64,000 nucleotides of DNA from Macrostomum lignano (Eukaryota). The notes under the pieces are model-generated. The model saw nothing but the letters and a program-made list of their open reading frames with translations, ran no database searches and had not been told where the DNA came from. Where the stretch lies: NCBI GenBank assembly GCA_002269645.1, contig NIVC01000129.1:852950-916949 (forward strand), given 5' to 3'. Positions 1 through 16,373 of the stretch are shown here, piece by piece (within the stretch, counting starts at the first letter, position 1; each line of letters begins with the position of its first letter). The position numbers were made by a program, and so were the translations under genes.

Positions 1-2
1 AT

Positions 3-242
3 CACTCCTCTACGGCATCGTTGGAGTCGACGGCTTCGTTGGGGACTTCAACAACTGGCAGCTTGGAGCCGCCAAGAGTCGAGAGAAATCCGGGCCAGCT
101 GACCCGGTCTGGCAGCCTGCCGCACATGGCCGTCACCTCAGCCGATCCGCCGGTCGCCGCCAAGGCGAACGGAAAAGCGGCGTCGAAAGCGGCGGCAAAA
201 TCTTCGTCCAAAACGAAAGCGATCAGCACCACCAAACTCTGA
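3..242 (+). CDS. Probable last coding exon of an upstream gene (partial; low-complexity Ser/Ala/Lys-rich C-terminus)
   Basis: GC-rich frame open from the window edge to TGA 240-242, followed directly by a minisatellite. No recognisable domain. Confidence 0.4.
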   Translation, partial: HSSTASLESTASLGTSTTGSLEPPRVERNPGQLTRSGSLPHMAVTSADPPVAAKANGKAASKAAAKSSSKTKAISTTKL

Positions 243-1420
243 TGCGTCTGCTCACTCTGCTGTCTCTGGTCTCGATTCTATCTGCCTGTCTCTATTCTCA
301 CCTTTGAGTCCATTCTCAACTTCTGTCTCGATTCTCAACTTCTGTCTCTACTCTCACCTTCTGTCTCTATTCTCACCCCTGTCTCTATTCTCAACTTCTG
401 TCTCTATTCTCAACTTCTGTCTCTATTCTCAACTTCTGTATCTATTCTCAACTTCTGTCTCTACTCTCACCTTCTGTCTCTACTCTCAACTTCTGTCTCT
501 ATTCTCAACTTCTGTCTCTACTCTCAACTTCTGTCTCTATTCTCAACTTCTGTCTCTATTCTCAACTTCTGTCTCTATTCTCAACTTCTGTCTCTACTCT
601 CACCTTTGGGTCTATTCTCACCTTCTGTCTCTACTCTCACCTCTGTCTCTATTCTCAACTTCTGTCTCTACTCTCACCTTCTGTCTCTACTCTCACCTTC
701 TGTCTCTATTCTCAACTTCTGTCTCTATTCTCAACTTCTGTCTCTATTCTCAACTTCTGTCTCTACTCTCACCTTTGGGTCTATTCTCACCTTCTGTCTC
801 TACTCTCAACTTCTGTCTCTATTCTCAACTTCTGTCTCTATTCTCAACTTCTGTCTCTATTCTCAACTTCTATCTCTATTCTCAACTTCCGTCTCTACTC
901 TCACCTTCTGTCTCTACTCTCAACTTCTGTCTCTACTCTCACCTTCTGTCTCTACTCTCACCTTCTGTCTCTACTCTCACCTTCAGTCTTTACTCTCACC
1001 TTCTGTCTCTATTCTCAACCCTGTCTCTATTCTCACCCCTGTCTCTATTCTTACCCCTGTCTCTATTCTTACCCCTGTCTCTATTCTCACCTCTGTCTCT
1101 ATTCTCAACTTCTGTCTCTACTCTCACCTTCTGTCTCTACTCTCAACTTCTGTCTCTATTCTCAACTTATGTCTCTATTCTCACCCCAGTCTCTATTCTC
1201 ATCTTTGGGTCTATTCTCCCATCTGTCTCTATTCTCAACTTCTGTCTCTATTCTCATCTTTGGGTCTATTCTCCCCTCTGTCTCTATTCTCACCTCTGTC
1301 TCTATTCTTACCTCTGTCTCTATTCTCACCTCTGTCTCTATTCTCACCTCTTCCTCTATTCTCACCTCTGTCTCTATTCTCACCTCTTCCTCTATTCTCA
1401 ACTTCTGTTTCTATTCTCAA
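243..1420. repeat. Minisatellite, ~19-20 bp unit TCTGTCTCTAYTCTCAMCY
   Basis: About 60 degenerate tandem copies. Explains ORFs 304..1446, 606..1532 and 1162..1401. Confidence 0.95.
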
Positions 1421-1629
1421 CTTCGATTTTAATTCGATTCAGTTAACTCGAATTGACGAATTCGATTTTTTCTTTTCGTTTCCAAACTGCTCGTTAATCA
1501 AATTTTTCTTATGGTCAGCTTTTTATTCTTAATAAAACACATTGCGCGGCTTGAAAAACTTTATCATCATGCTTGACTGATAGCAGAACCGCAAATACGG
1601 AAATGTGCAAAATTTTAATGGAGCAGTAA

Positions 1630-2095
1630 CCTGCCTTTATCAATATATCAACCTGCCTTTATCAATATATCAATCTGCCTTTATCAATATATCAATCCGA
1701 CTGTCAATATATCAATCTGGCTTTATCAATATATCAATCTGGCTCTATCAATCTGGCTCTATCAATCTATCAATCTGCCTTTATCAATATATCAATCTGG
1801 CTCTATCAATCTATCAATCTGCCTTTATCAATATATCAATGTGGCTCTATCAATGTGGCTCTATCAATATGGCTCTATCAATATATCAATCTGCCTCTAT
1901 CAATCTGGCTCTATCAATCTATCAATCTGCCTTTATCAATATATCAATGTGGCTCTATCAATGTGGCTCTATCAATATGGCTCTATCAATATATCAATCT
2001 GCCTTTATCAATATATCAATCTGCCTTTATCAATATATCAATCTGTCTCTATCAATCTTCCTCTATCAATCTATCAACCTGCCTCAATCAATCTA
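1630..2095. repeat. Composite TATCAA / TCTGGC(T)C tandem repeat
   Basis: Visible tandem units; explains ORFs 1605..2096 and 1841..2149. Confidence 0.9.
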
Positions 2096-2277
2096 ACAAT
2101 TTTGCTCTATATTATATATGTAGCTAATAACCTGGCTCTATGTGCTTGATAAGAGCCTCAGTCAATGCACGCGGTTTAAAGACAGTCTATGGCTGGCTAA
2201 GGAGTTCCTTCCCGACTATTAACCGCAAATAAGTCAATCCCGCAGATTACGAGACCGGTCTAAGCACCCGCACTGCA

Positions 2278-5200
2278 ATGCAACCGCCGGCAGGCGCCAC
2301 CGAGGTCGAGAACAACGATGGCGACGATGATGAGCGCTTATGCGGCGAGCAGCCAACTCTGCGCGGTTTGATTCTCTTGACATCGATTTTCCTGCTCAGC
2401 CTTGGTGGTATTATCGTGGTGTTCGCCTCGGCTGGACTGTTGAACTTCATGACTCTGGAGCTGCAGCAGTTTGCCAGCTTGTTGAAGGTGCCGACGGAGC
2501 TGTTGGATAGCAATCTGAACTGGGTGTACAAGGTATTGGGCGCCACTGGCTATGCTACCGCCAACATCGGCGCTCTGGCCGTCTGCGCGGCCTCCGGGCG
2601 GCGGCGGGCGCACTCGATGACTGCGGCTGTGACCTCCGGAGCTGTAGCTGTGCTGTACATGGCGGTGCTGATGGCAGCGGTGAAGCCCAGGATAGAACGA
2701 GTCACTGAGGTATTGGGACTGGGGTGTTGAGACTGGGGTATTGGGACTGGGATGTTAAGACTGGGGTATTGGGACTAGGGTGTTGAGACTGGGGTATTGG
2801 GACTGGGGTATTGAGACTGGGGTATTGGGACTGGGGTGTTGAGACTGGGGTATTGGGACTGGGGTGTTGAGACTGGGGTATTGGGACTGGGGTGTTGAGA
2901 CTGGGGTATTGGGGCTGGGGGTATTGGGACTGGGGTATTAGGACAGGGATATTGGGACTGGGGAATTGATACTGGGGTATTGGGACTGGGGTGTTGAGAC
3001 TGGGGTATTGGGATTGGGGTGTTGAGACTGGGGTATTGGGACTAGGGTGTTGAGACTGAGGTATTGGGACTGGGGTGTTGAGACTGGGGTATTGGGACTG
3101 GGGGTATTGGGACAGGGGTATTAAGACAGGGGTATTAAGACAGGGGTACTAGGACAGGGGTATTAAGACAGGGGTACTAGGACAGGGGTATTAAGACAGA
3201 GGAATTAAGACAGGGGTTATTAAGACAGGGGTATTAGGACAGGGGTATTAGGACAGGGGTATTAAGACAGGGGTATTAGGACAGGGGTATTAAGACAGGG
3301 GTATTAGGACAGGGATATTAGGACGGGGGTATTAGGATGGGGGTATTAGTAGGACAGGGGTATTAGGACAGGGGTATTAGGACAGGGGTATTAGGACAGG
3401 GGTATTAGGACAGGGGTATTAAGACAGGGGTATTAGGACAGGGGTATTAGGACGGGGGTATTAGGACGGGGGTATTAGGACGGGGGTATTAGGACAGGGG
3501 TATTAGGACGGGGGTATTAGGACAGGGGTATTAAGACAGGGGTATTAGGACAGGGGTATTAGGACAGGGGTATTAGGACAGGGGTATTAAGACAGGGGTA
3601 TTAGGACAGGGGTATTAGGACGGGGGTATTAGGACGGGGGTATTAGGACGGGGGTATTAGGACAGGGGTATTAGGACGGGGGTATTAGGACAGGGGTATT
3701 AAGACAGGGGTATTAGGACAGGGGTATTAGGACAGGGGTATTAGGACGGGGGTATTAGGACGGGGTATTAAGACAGGGGTATTAGGACAGGGGTATTAGG
3801 ACGGGGGTATTAGGACGGGGGTATTAGGACGGGTTATTAAGACAGGGGTATTAGGACAGGGGTATAGGGACTTGGGGCATATTGCGGCTAACCCACAGCC
3901 AGCTAGGCGCAATCCCACAGGCCATAATAGTGCAACAGAGGCGCTACTTCCGCGCCTACGCAGTCACAGGTGACGAGCGGTACATCAGCCAGATTCACCT
4001 GAAGAATGGCTGCTGTGGACTGCAGAAAGGCGCCAAGGATTTCATTAAATGGGGCCGCCCTACTCTGCCGAGCAGTTGCTGCGGCCAGATGAGCGGCAAC
4101 TGCACGGCTGCGGCGGCCAGGAAACTGACCTGCAGCCAGGCCGTCAGGGACCTGTCAGGCTCCGATGGGCTCATGGAGCTCGGCTTCTTCTTCTGGGTGA
4201 GCTTGCGCAGCTGGCAGCTTATCGGAGTTCTGTCTCTGTACTTCTGTGCTAGTGTTGGCCTTCTCTCCTCTCCCCTGTCTCCTATATCTCCTCTCCCTTG
4301 TCTCCTATCTCTCCTCTCCCCTGTCTCCTATCTCTCCTCTCCCCTGTCTCCTATCTCTCCTCTCCCTGTCTCCTATCTCTCCTCTCCCTGTCTCCTATCT
4401 CTCCTCTCCCTGTCTCCTATCTCTCCTCTCCCTGTCTCCTATCTCTCCTCTCCCCTGTCTCTTATCTCTCCTCTCCCCTGTCTCCTATCTCTCCTCTCCC
4501 TGTCTCCTATCTCTCCTCTCCCTGTCTCCTATCTCTCCTCTCCCCTGTCTCTTATCTCTCCTCTCCCCTGTCTCCTATCTCTCCTCTCCCTGTCTCCTAT
4601 CTCTCCTCTCCCTGTCTCCTATCTCTCCTCTCCCCTGTCTCCTATCTCTCCTCTCCCTGTCTCCTATCTCTCCTCTCCCCTGTCTCCTATCTCTCCTCTC
4701 CCCTGTCTCCTATCTCTCCTCTCCCCTGTCTCCTATCTCTCCTCTCCCCTGTCTCCTATCTCTCCTCTCCCTGTCTCCTATCTCTCCTCACTCCTCTCCC
4801 CTGTCTCCTATCCCCTCTCCTCTCTACTCTCTCTACTCTCTACTCTCCTCTCCCCACTCCCCTGCCTCCTATCTCTCCTCTACTCCGAGCATAGTAGCAG
4901 GGTAAAAAACTGGGTAGGCAGAGTAGACACTAGGGAGGCAGAGTAGACACTGGGGAGGCAGAGTAGACACTGGACAGGTAGAGTAGACACTGGAGAGGCA
5001 GAGTAGACACTGGGGAGGCAGAGTAGACACTGGAGAGGCAGAGTAGACACGCGAGAAGCAGAGTAGACACTCGGGAGGCAGGGTAGACACTGGGTAGCAG
5101 CGACATATCTAGATGCCACTGCACAGAGCGATTAAATTATTTTTTACCCGACATTATCATGAAACTTCTTGCGCCGACCCCCCCCCCCTCCCCAAGGTCC

Positions 5201-6666
5201 TTGGCGGCACCTGCGCCGCCCTCAGCGGCCTAATGATCCTGCTGCTGGTCTCGGCTGGCCAGGACACCATCGAGCTGCTGCTGTCCTTCCGTCAGCGCGC
5301 GGAGGACAAATGGCGCCGCCAGAAGCAGAGAGAAAGCCCGGAGCAGCGGCCCCTCGGCCTGATTTCCCACTTTGTGCGCCTGTTCGATACTAAGAAACAG
5401 AAGAACCGGGACCGGGAGCTGCACCGGATGCTCACCAAGGCAGCCGTGGACAGAAAGAGGGCGGCTGCCGCTGGCTGGAAGCAGATGCACCCGGCGCGGA
5501 AGGTGCGCTGGGATTGATTGCTTGAGGGGCTACCCTGATATTCTAGTGTCCGCTCTGCCTCATGGTGTCTACTCTGCCTCCCCAGTGTCTACTCTGCCTC
5601 CCCAGTGTCTACTCTACCTCCCCAGTGTCCGCTCTGCCTCATGGTGTCCGCTCTGCCTCATGGTGTCCGCTCTGCCTCATGGTGTCCGCTCTGCCTCATG
5701 GTGTCTACTCTGCCTCCCGGTGTCTACTCTGCCTCCCCAGTGTCTACTCTGCCTCCCCAGTGTCTACTCTGCCTCCCCAGTGTCTACTCTGCCTCTCCAG
5801 TGTCTACTCTGCCTCTCCAGTGTCTACTCTACCTCCCCAGTGTCTACTCTGCCTCCCCAGTGTCTACTCTACCTCCCCAGTGTCTACTCTACCTCCCCAG
5901 TTTCTACTCTGCCTCATTGTGTCTACTCTGCCTCCCCAGTGTCTACTCTGCCTCCCCAGTGTCTACTCTGCCTCCCCAGTGTCTACTCTGCCTCCCCAGT
6001 GTCTACTCTACCTCCCCAGTGTCCGCTCTGCCTCACGGTGTCCGCTCTGCCTCATGGTGTCTACTCTGCCTCATGGTGTCTACTCTACCTCTCCAGTGTC
6101 TACTCTGCCTCTCCAGTGTCTACTATGCCTTCCCAGTGTCTACTCTGCCTCCCCAGTGTCTACTCTGCCTCTCCAGTGTCTACTCTGCCTCCCCAGTGTC
6201 TACTCTGCCTCCCCAGTGTCTACTCTGCCTCTCCAGTGTCTACTCTACCTCCCCAGTGTCTACTCTGCCTCCCCAGTGTCTACTCTACCTCCCCAGTGTC
6301 TACTCTACCTCCCCAGTTTCTACTCTGCCTCCCTAGTGTCTTCTCTGCCTTTCCAGTGTCTACTCTGCCTCCCCTGTGTCTACTCTGCCTCCCCAGTGTC
6401 TACCCTGCCACCCCAATGTATCGGCTCTGTCGCCCTAATGTCTGGCATGACTCTTGCTACCACCACAGCCCCTTTGGAAGCTGGCACAGTCGCCGCAGTC
6501 GCCGCAGACGCAGCTGGCTCTCAAGGCCCAACGCGAGGCACAGGCGGACAAGCTGCGCGCGCTGGAACGGCAGGAGACTCAGGCGGCGAAAGCGGCCCCG
6601 CCCAGGCCGTCAGCGTCGGTGGCTACGCGGCCGGCAACTTGGCCGCACTTTTGGAAGAAAAGATGA
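2278..6666 (+). CDS. Tetraspanin family protein with long C-terminal tail
   Basis: Exons 2278-2709, 3921-4196, 5197-5502 and 6469-6666, all with phase-0 GT-AG junctions (1212 nt, 403 aa). TM1-TM3 are in exon 1. Exon 2 holds a large extracellular loop with CCG, PSSCC and two further Cys. TM4 (VLGGTCAALSGLMILLLVSAG) is in exon 3. Exon 4 is less certain; read-through of exon 3 stops at 5515-5517 (342 aa). Confidence 0.85.
2710..3870. repeat. G-rich intronic minisatellite (GGGGTATTGGGACT grading into 14 bp GGGGTATTAGGACA)
   Basis: Fills tetraspanin intron 1, starting at the donor itself. Confidence 0.95.
4255..4880. repeat. CT-rich minisatellite (CTCCCCTGTCTCCTATCTCTC)
   Basis: Tetraspanin intron 2. 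Confidence 0.9.
4909..5097 (-). repeat. Short array of the CCCAGTGTCTACTCTGCCT unit in reverse orientation
   Basis: GAGTAGACACTGGGGAGGCA units are the reverse complement of the 5545-6415 array. Confidence 0.9.
5545..6415 (+). repeat. Minisatellite CCCAGTGTCTACTCTGCCT (~19-20 bp)
   Basis: Fills the putative tetraspanin intron 3; explains ORFs 5372..6691, 5562..6719 and 5605..6336. Confidence 0.95.
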
Positions 6667-6889
6667 AACGAGAAGCGGAGATCGAAACTAAAAGGCTGAA
6701 TGAGGTTGCCAAAAAATGATGACAGTATTTTCGCGATGTACTTTTGAGAGTCGGATGATAGATTTACAGTATGGATTCGCGATGTATTGCTTGAACTGCT
6801 GGCACAGTCGGAACTAGACTTCACCGGTGCAAGGAGTGAAACTATCAGTATTTTCAAATCCTTCCTAATCTGTTCCCCTCCACATCTCG

Positions 6890-7150
6890 CCTCTACTCTC
6901 CCTGTATCCACCTCCCTCTCTGTATCCACCTCCCTCTCTGTATCCACCTCCCTCCCTGTATCCACCTCCCTCCCTGTATCCATCTCCCTCCCTGTATCCA
7001 CCTCCCTCCCTGTATCCATCTCCCTCCCTGTATCCACCTCCCTCTCTGTATCCACCTCCCTCCCTGTATCCACCTCCCTCCCTGCATCCACCTCCCTCTC
7101 TGTATCCAACTCCCTCCCTGTATCCACCTCCCTCTCTGTATCCACCCCTC
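6890..7150. repeat. 18 bp tandem repeat CTCCCTCCCTGTATCCAC
   Basis: About 14 visible units. Confidence 0.9.
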
Positions 7151-7529
7151 TCCCTCTTTCACTCTCTCCCCCTCTCTACCTCTCTGTTTCGATCTCTCTC
7201 CCTCTTCCCCCTCTCTTCCCACAGAGACCCAATTCTCATTTCCTAGTTCTATCAATACCTACCTCGTATTTTATTCACAAAGTTTTGGGTTTATTAGTGT
7301 ATCATTTTCACAGCACTTGTAACTGCAGTAAGATAGCCTGTTGTAAGCAAATGCCAACTGGATAAGATGCTGATTAGATCAATACTCTTAATAAATCTTG
7401 AGCTTGAGTCGCCCAACCTCTGTCAACCAAAAAGTCAACCAAAAGTCAGTCAACCAAGATTGATTCCCAAAAAGTACATTTAGAATTTCCTACCCTTGGC
7501 TTAAACAAATAGTCTATGGCAAATCGGAG

Positions 7530-7635
7530 TTCGGGCTCCAGATACAGTCCGCAGAGGATAGTCTGTGGCACAACCCAGCCTCAGCAGCTCTATACTGTCC
7601 CAGCGGGAGTCCCGTGCACAGCATCGTAAATCAAC
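7530..7635 (+). promoter_or_regulatory. Conserved upstream block of CUB-LDLa copy 1 (promoter or 5'UTR element)
   Basis: Near-identical to 34718-34815 upstream of copy 2, while flanking upstream DNA has diverged. Function is inferred only. Confidence 0.35.
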
Positions 7636-7812
7636 CAATCAATTGTTGCTACCTAGAAAAGATAATTCAGTGCAAATAAATTCTCCCGCAAAACCTTCGA
7701 TTTAGAAAACTAACTCTTACTTAATAAAATAATTGCTGCTTTCATACTAAACCGGTACACACACACCGATTACTGAGTTTGAACTCTGGTAGGACACTTG
7801 GATTACGGCACA

Positions 7813-13368
<5,556 letters not shown>

Positions 13369-13539
13369 ATGACTTCAACTGGATCTCCACACTTGATTGC
13401 TTGGAACAGAACAATAAACTTCTCAATGTCTCTTTTAGTGTAATAATTTCAAATGCGCTCACTAATTTTGGGAAAAAATGATTCCATCAGTAAAGCCAAC
13501 GGACGAGGAGGCCTGCAGCCGTAAGTTAAATTGGATTTA

Positions 13540-14030
13540 TGGCGGTGCGTGGGCGTAATGGGTGGAGGGTAAAGTGGGGTGATAGGCGTAATGGGGTTGA
13601 GGGTGAAGTGGGGTGATGGGCGTAATGGGGTTGAGGGTGAAGTGGGGTGATGGGCGTAATGGGGTTGAGGGTGAAGTGGGGTGATGGGCGAAATGGGGTT
13701 GAGGGTGAAGTGGGGGGATGGGCGTAATGGGGTTGAGGGTGAAGTGGGGTGGTGGGCGTAATGGGGTTGAGGGTGAAGTGGGGTGATGGGCGAAATGGGG
13801 TTGAGGGTGAAGTGGAGGGATGGGCGTAATGGGGTTGAGGGTGAAGTGGGGTGATGAGCGTAATGGGGTTGAGGGTGAAGTGGGGTGGTGGGCGTAATGG
13901 GTGGAGGGTAAAGTGGGGTGATGGGCGTGATGGGGTTGAGGGTGAAGTGGGGTGATGGGCGAAATGGGGTTGAGGGTGAAGTGGGGTGATGGGCGTGATG
14001 GGGTTCAGGGTGAAGTCAATGTGGAGGGTA
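13540..14030. repeat. G-rich ~34 bp minisatellite GGGCGTAATGGGGTTGAGGGTGAAGTGGGGTGAT
   Basis: Downstream of copy 1; homologous array at 43620-44260. Confidence 0.95.
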
Positions 14031-16373
14031 AACATGTGTGTCAGGGGTGGCGGGTGTCTTGGTGCAATCGCTGGGTCTCATGGGGTGGCGTGGCGGTGTC
14101 TAATGTACATACTGTATGTGCAGATAGTGTACATAAAATTATTTAAACTAAAAAATTCCAGCATCAGGTGCTTGAGCATTTTCACAACCATTAACAAATC
14201 GTAGTACACTACTTGTTAGACTTTATATCAGTAGTCAGGTTGGAATCGTTGATTAATGTTTCTGATTCTTGCTACAAGCAAATTATATCAATAGAATCGA
14301 AACCAAATTCTTGTCAAAAATCAGCCTCAATGCAACAAACAATATCTAGTTTTTCAGTGGCTTTATTTTATCAAAAAAGCTAAATACGAGTACGAGTAAC
14401 ACTTTGCGTAAACAATTCTGAGAGCATTCTAAATAATGCCATAGAAACGCTACGCCGTAGAAACGGGACTGGGATCTAAATAATAATTACCTCGACTATT
14501 TAACATATTGGCTGGCAAAGCAACGGTATTAGAAAGTCAACTGTAATTAAAATTTTCTGACTTTGTCGGCTTCGCCATCGGTTTCCTCCACGCTAAGCTC
14601 CTGAGCCGCACTGCTGCTTTGCGCCTGCCGCAGTCTTCACCGGGTTCCCGCATGTTGGAGGTGCTCAGCCACGGCTAGCTAGGTCGATGTCTGTGGCTGT
14701 TGGGTCCTTGAAGACGCACCAGATTGCCACTGAAAATAATTAGGTATTTTGTGTCAATAGATGCTTCCCTTCAGCTTTTATCCTGGCATAAGTTTTCTGT
14801 TCTGCTATTTTATGTTTCTTGACCTTTGTCTGCTTCCTTGGACCTGTCAACACAAGGAGCCACTTCGCACCCATGGATCAAGTTAAATTCAAAAGTAGCT
14901 TTTGGCTTGCTGTTGGCACAGTTTTTTAGGGAGAGGCTGAGGATGGTTAACTGCTTAATTCTTTAATGGAAAATACTCCATTTACGCCTGTAGTAGCAAC
15001 AATAGTTGATTGAGCCGAAAAATATATCACAGAGAAGACTCTGTGACTGAAGATGATCACGTCCCTTTTCTTTTGGGCGGGCAGCCCCAAATATGATCAA
15101 TATTCTGAAGTATAATGCTTTCAATAGACGGAGTGATTAAATCCCAGCCACTCTTATGGGTGTTAAAATCCGCCCCTGCATTTTATATTTATTTAAATCC
15201 TTCTCTTTGGAAATATTTATGTAAAACTCGTGTGAAAACCGTGCAGAAATTTATATCAATTTGCCAAACAATAGAAAAAATAGTACAGAATTTTATGCAA
15301 TTTCTTTTTCAAATTATATTGGTGATATTGGTGAACTTTTTCAACGTTTTTCGATTGCTACTCTTAGTAATACAATGTGGATTACACAAGTTAAACTAGT
15401 AAGTTAAAGATCAAACGTTGAAATAATGTTGTTGCCATGTTGTGTTGCAATCATAAGATAGAAATAATTTCCTTTCGTTGTAACAACAGCATATGGCAGC
15501 CCGGGGCTAAATGACTTCAACTGGATTTTTGACGTCGTGGGGTGGAGGCTGCTGGGTATACAGTAACGAGGTTGTGGGTGGCAAATGTACATAGTATATG
15601 TGTTATTCACCAGAATAATTTCAGCATCAGGTGCTTGAGCATCGTGCAGGTGCAAAAATGTATTTCATTTAATAATTTTTGTGAAGACACCATAATTTGC
15701 GAATCTGTGTACTTTTCTGAACAATATGCCAACATTGATCTGCGGTCTAACCTGTATCCAGTATATTATTTATTACAAATTCGATTCTATGATTGTGTGA
15801 AAACGAACATGAAACTCCTCTACAATATTATATTTTTAAATGCGCTCACTAATTCCGGAAAAAATAAACATCATTGAAAACAATCGCATATATTCCACAA
15901 TTATCCACGTTGCGACTGTTTTTTGCTTTAGTTTCGATCTAGTTTTCTTGTAAATGCTCACCCGCTTCGAGTCTGACGCCTTAATGCTGGAGTTGATAAC
16001 TAATTATAATTGTGCACAAAGCCTTCTCAGTGGTAGATTTTGTAGTATGTTGGTTGCATCGTTTAGAATTTTTATTTACCCAGCAAACCGGTCAAGTTCA
16101 CACACTTCGATCAATTTTATTACAAAAACTCTCCCGGTCGTCCTTTTAACGCCATTATAAAGAAGACCATTGTAAAGAACTTTTAACCAGGCATAATGAC
16201 AAGTCAAAACGGCCATTATTACACCATTCAGTGACTCCACCGGCAGATTTTTCCAATTGATAAGAGCAGGCGTATACTGCATGTTATGATGTTATTAAAC
16301 TAATGAAATTCTATGACTAAGTTATAGACTATCCAATTATGTTATCTGATTGTAAACTCAGATAATCAATGTA

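Noticed and set aside
304-1532. Long ORFs of 300-440 aa (also 5372..6719, 10460..11420, 17320..18108, 51250..51819, 60814..61433)
   Set aside because: Translations are periodic low-complexity strings from stop-free minisatellites, mostly within introns defined by GT-AG-bounded exons.
2710-3870. G-rich array as interstitial telomere
   Set aside because: The unit is 14 bp GGGGTATTAGGACA, not TTAGGG or TTAGG.
6415-6719. Alternative frame (LAALLEEKMKREAEIETKRLNEVAKK) as the true tetraspanin last exon
   Set aside because: The clean phase-0 acceptor at 6468 supports the PLWKLAQ frame. The other frame is not excluded but lacks a compatible acceptor that I could identify.
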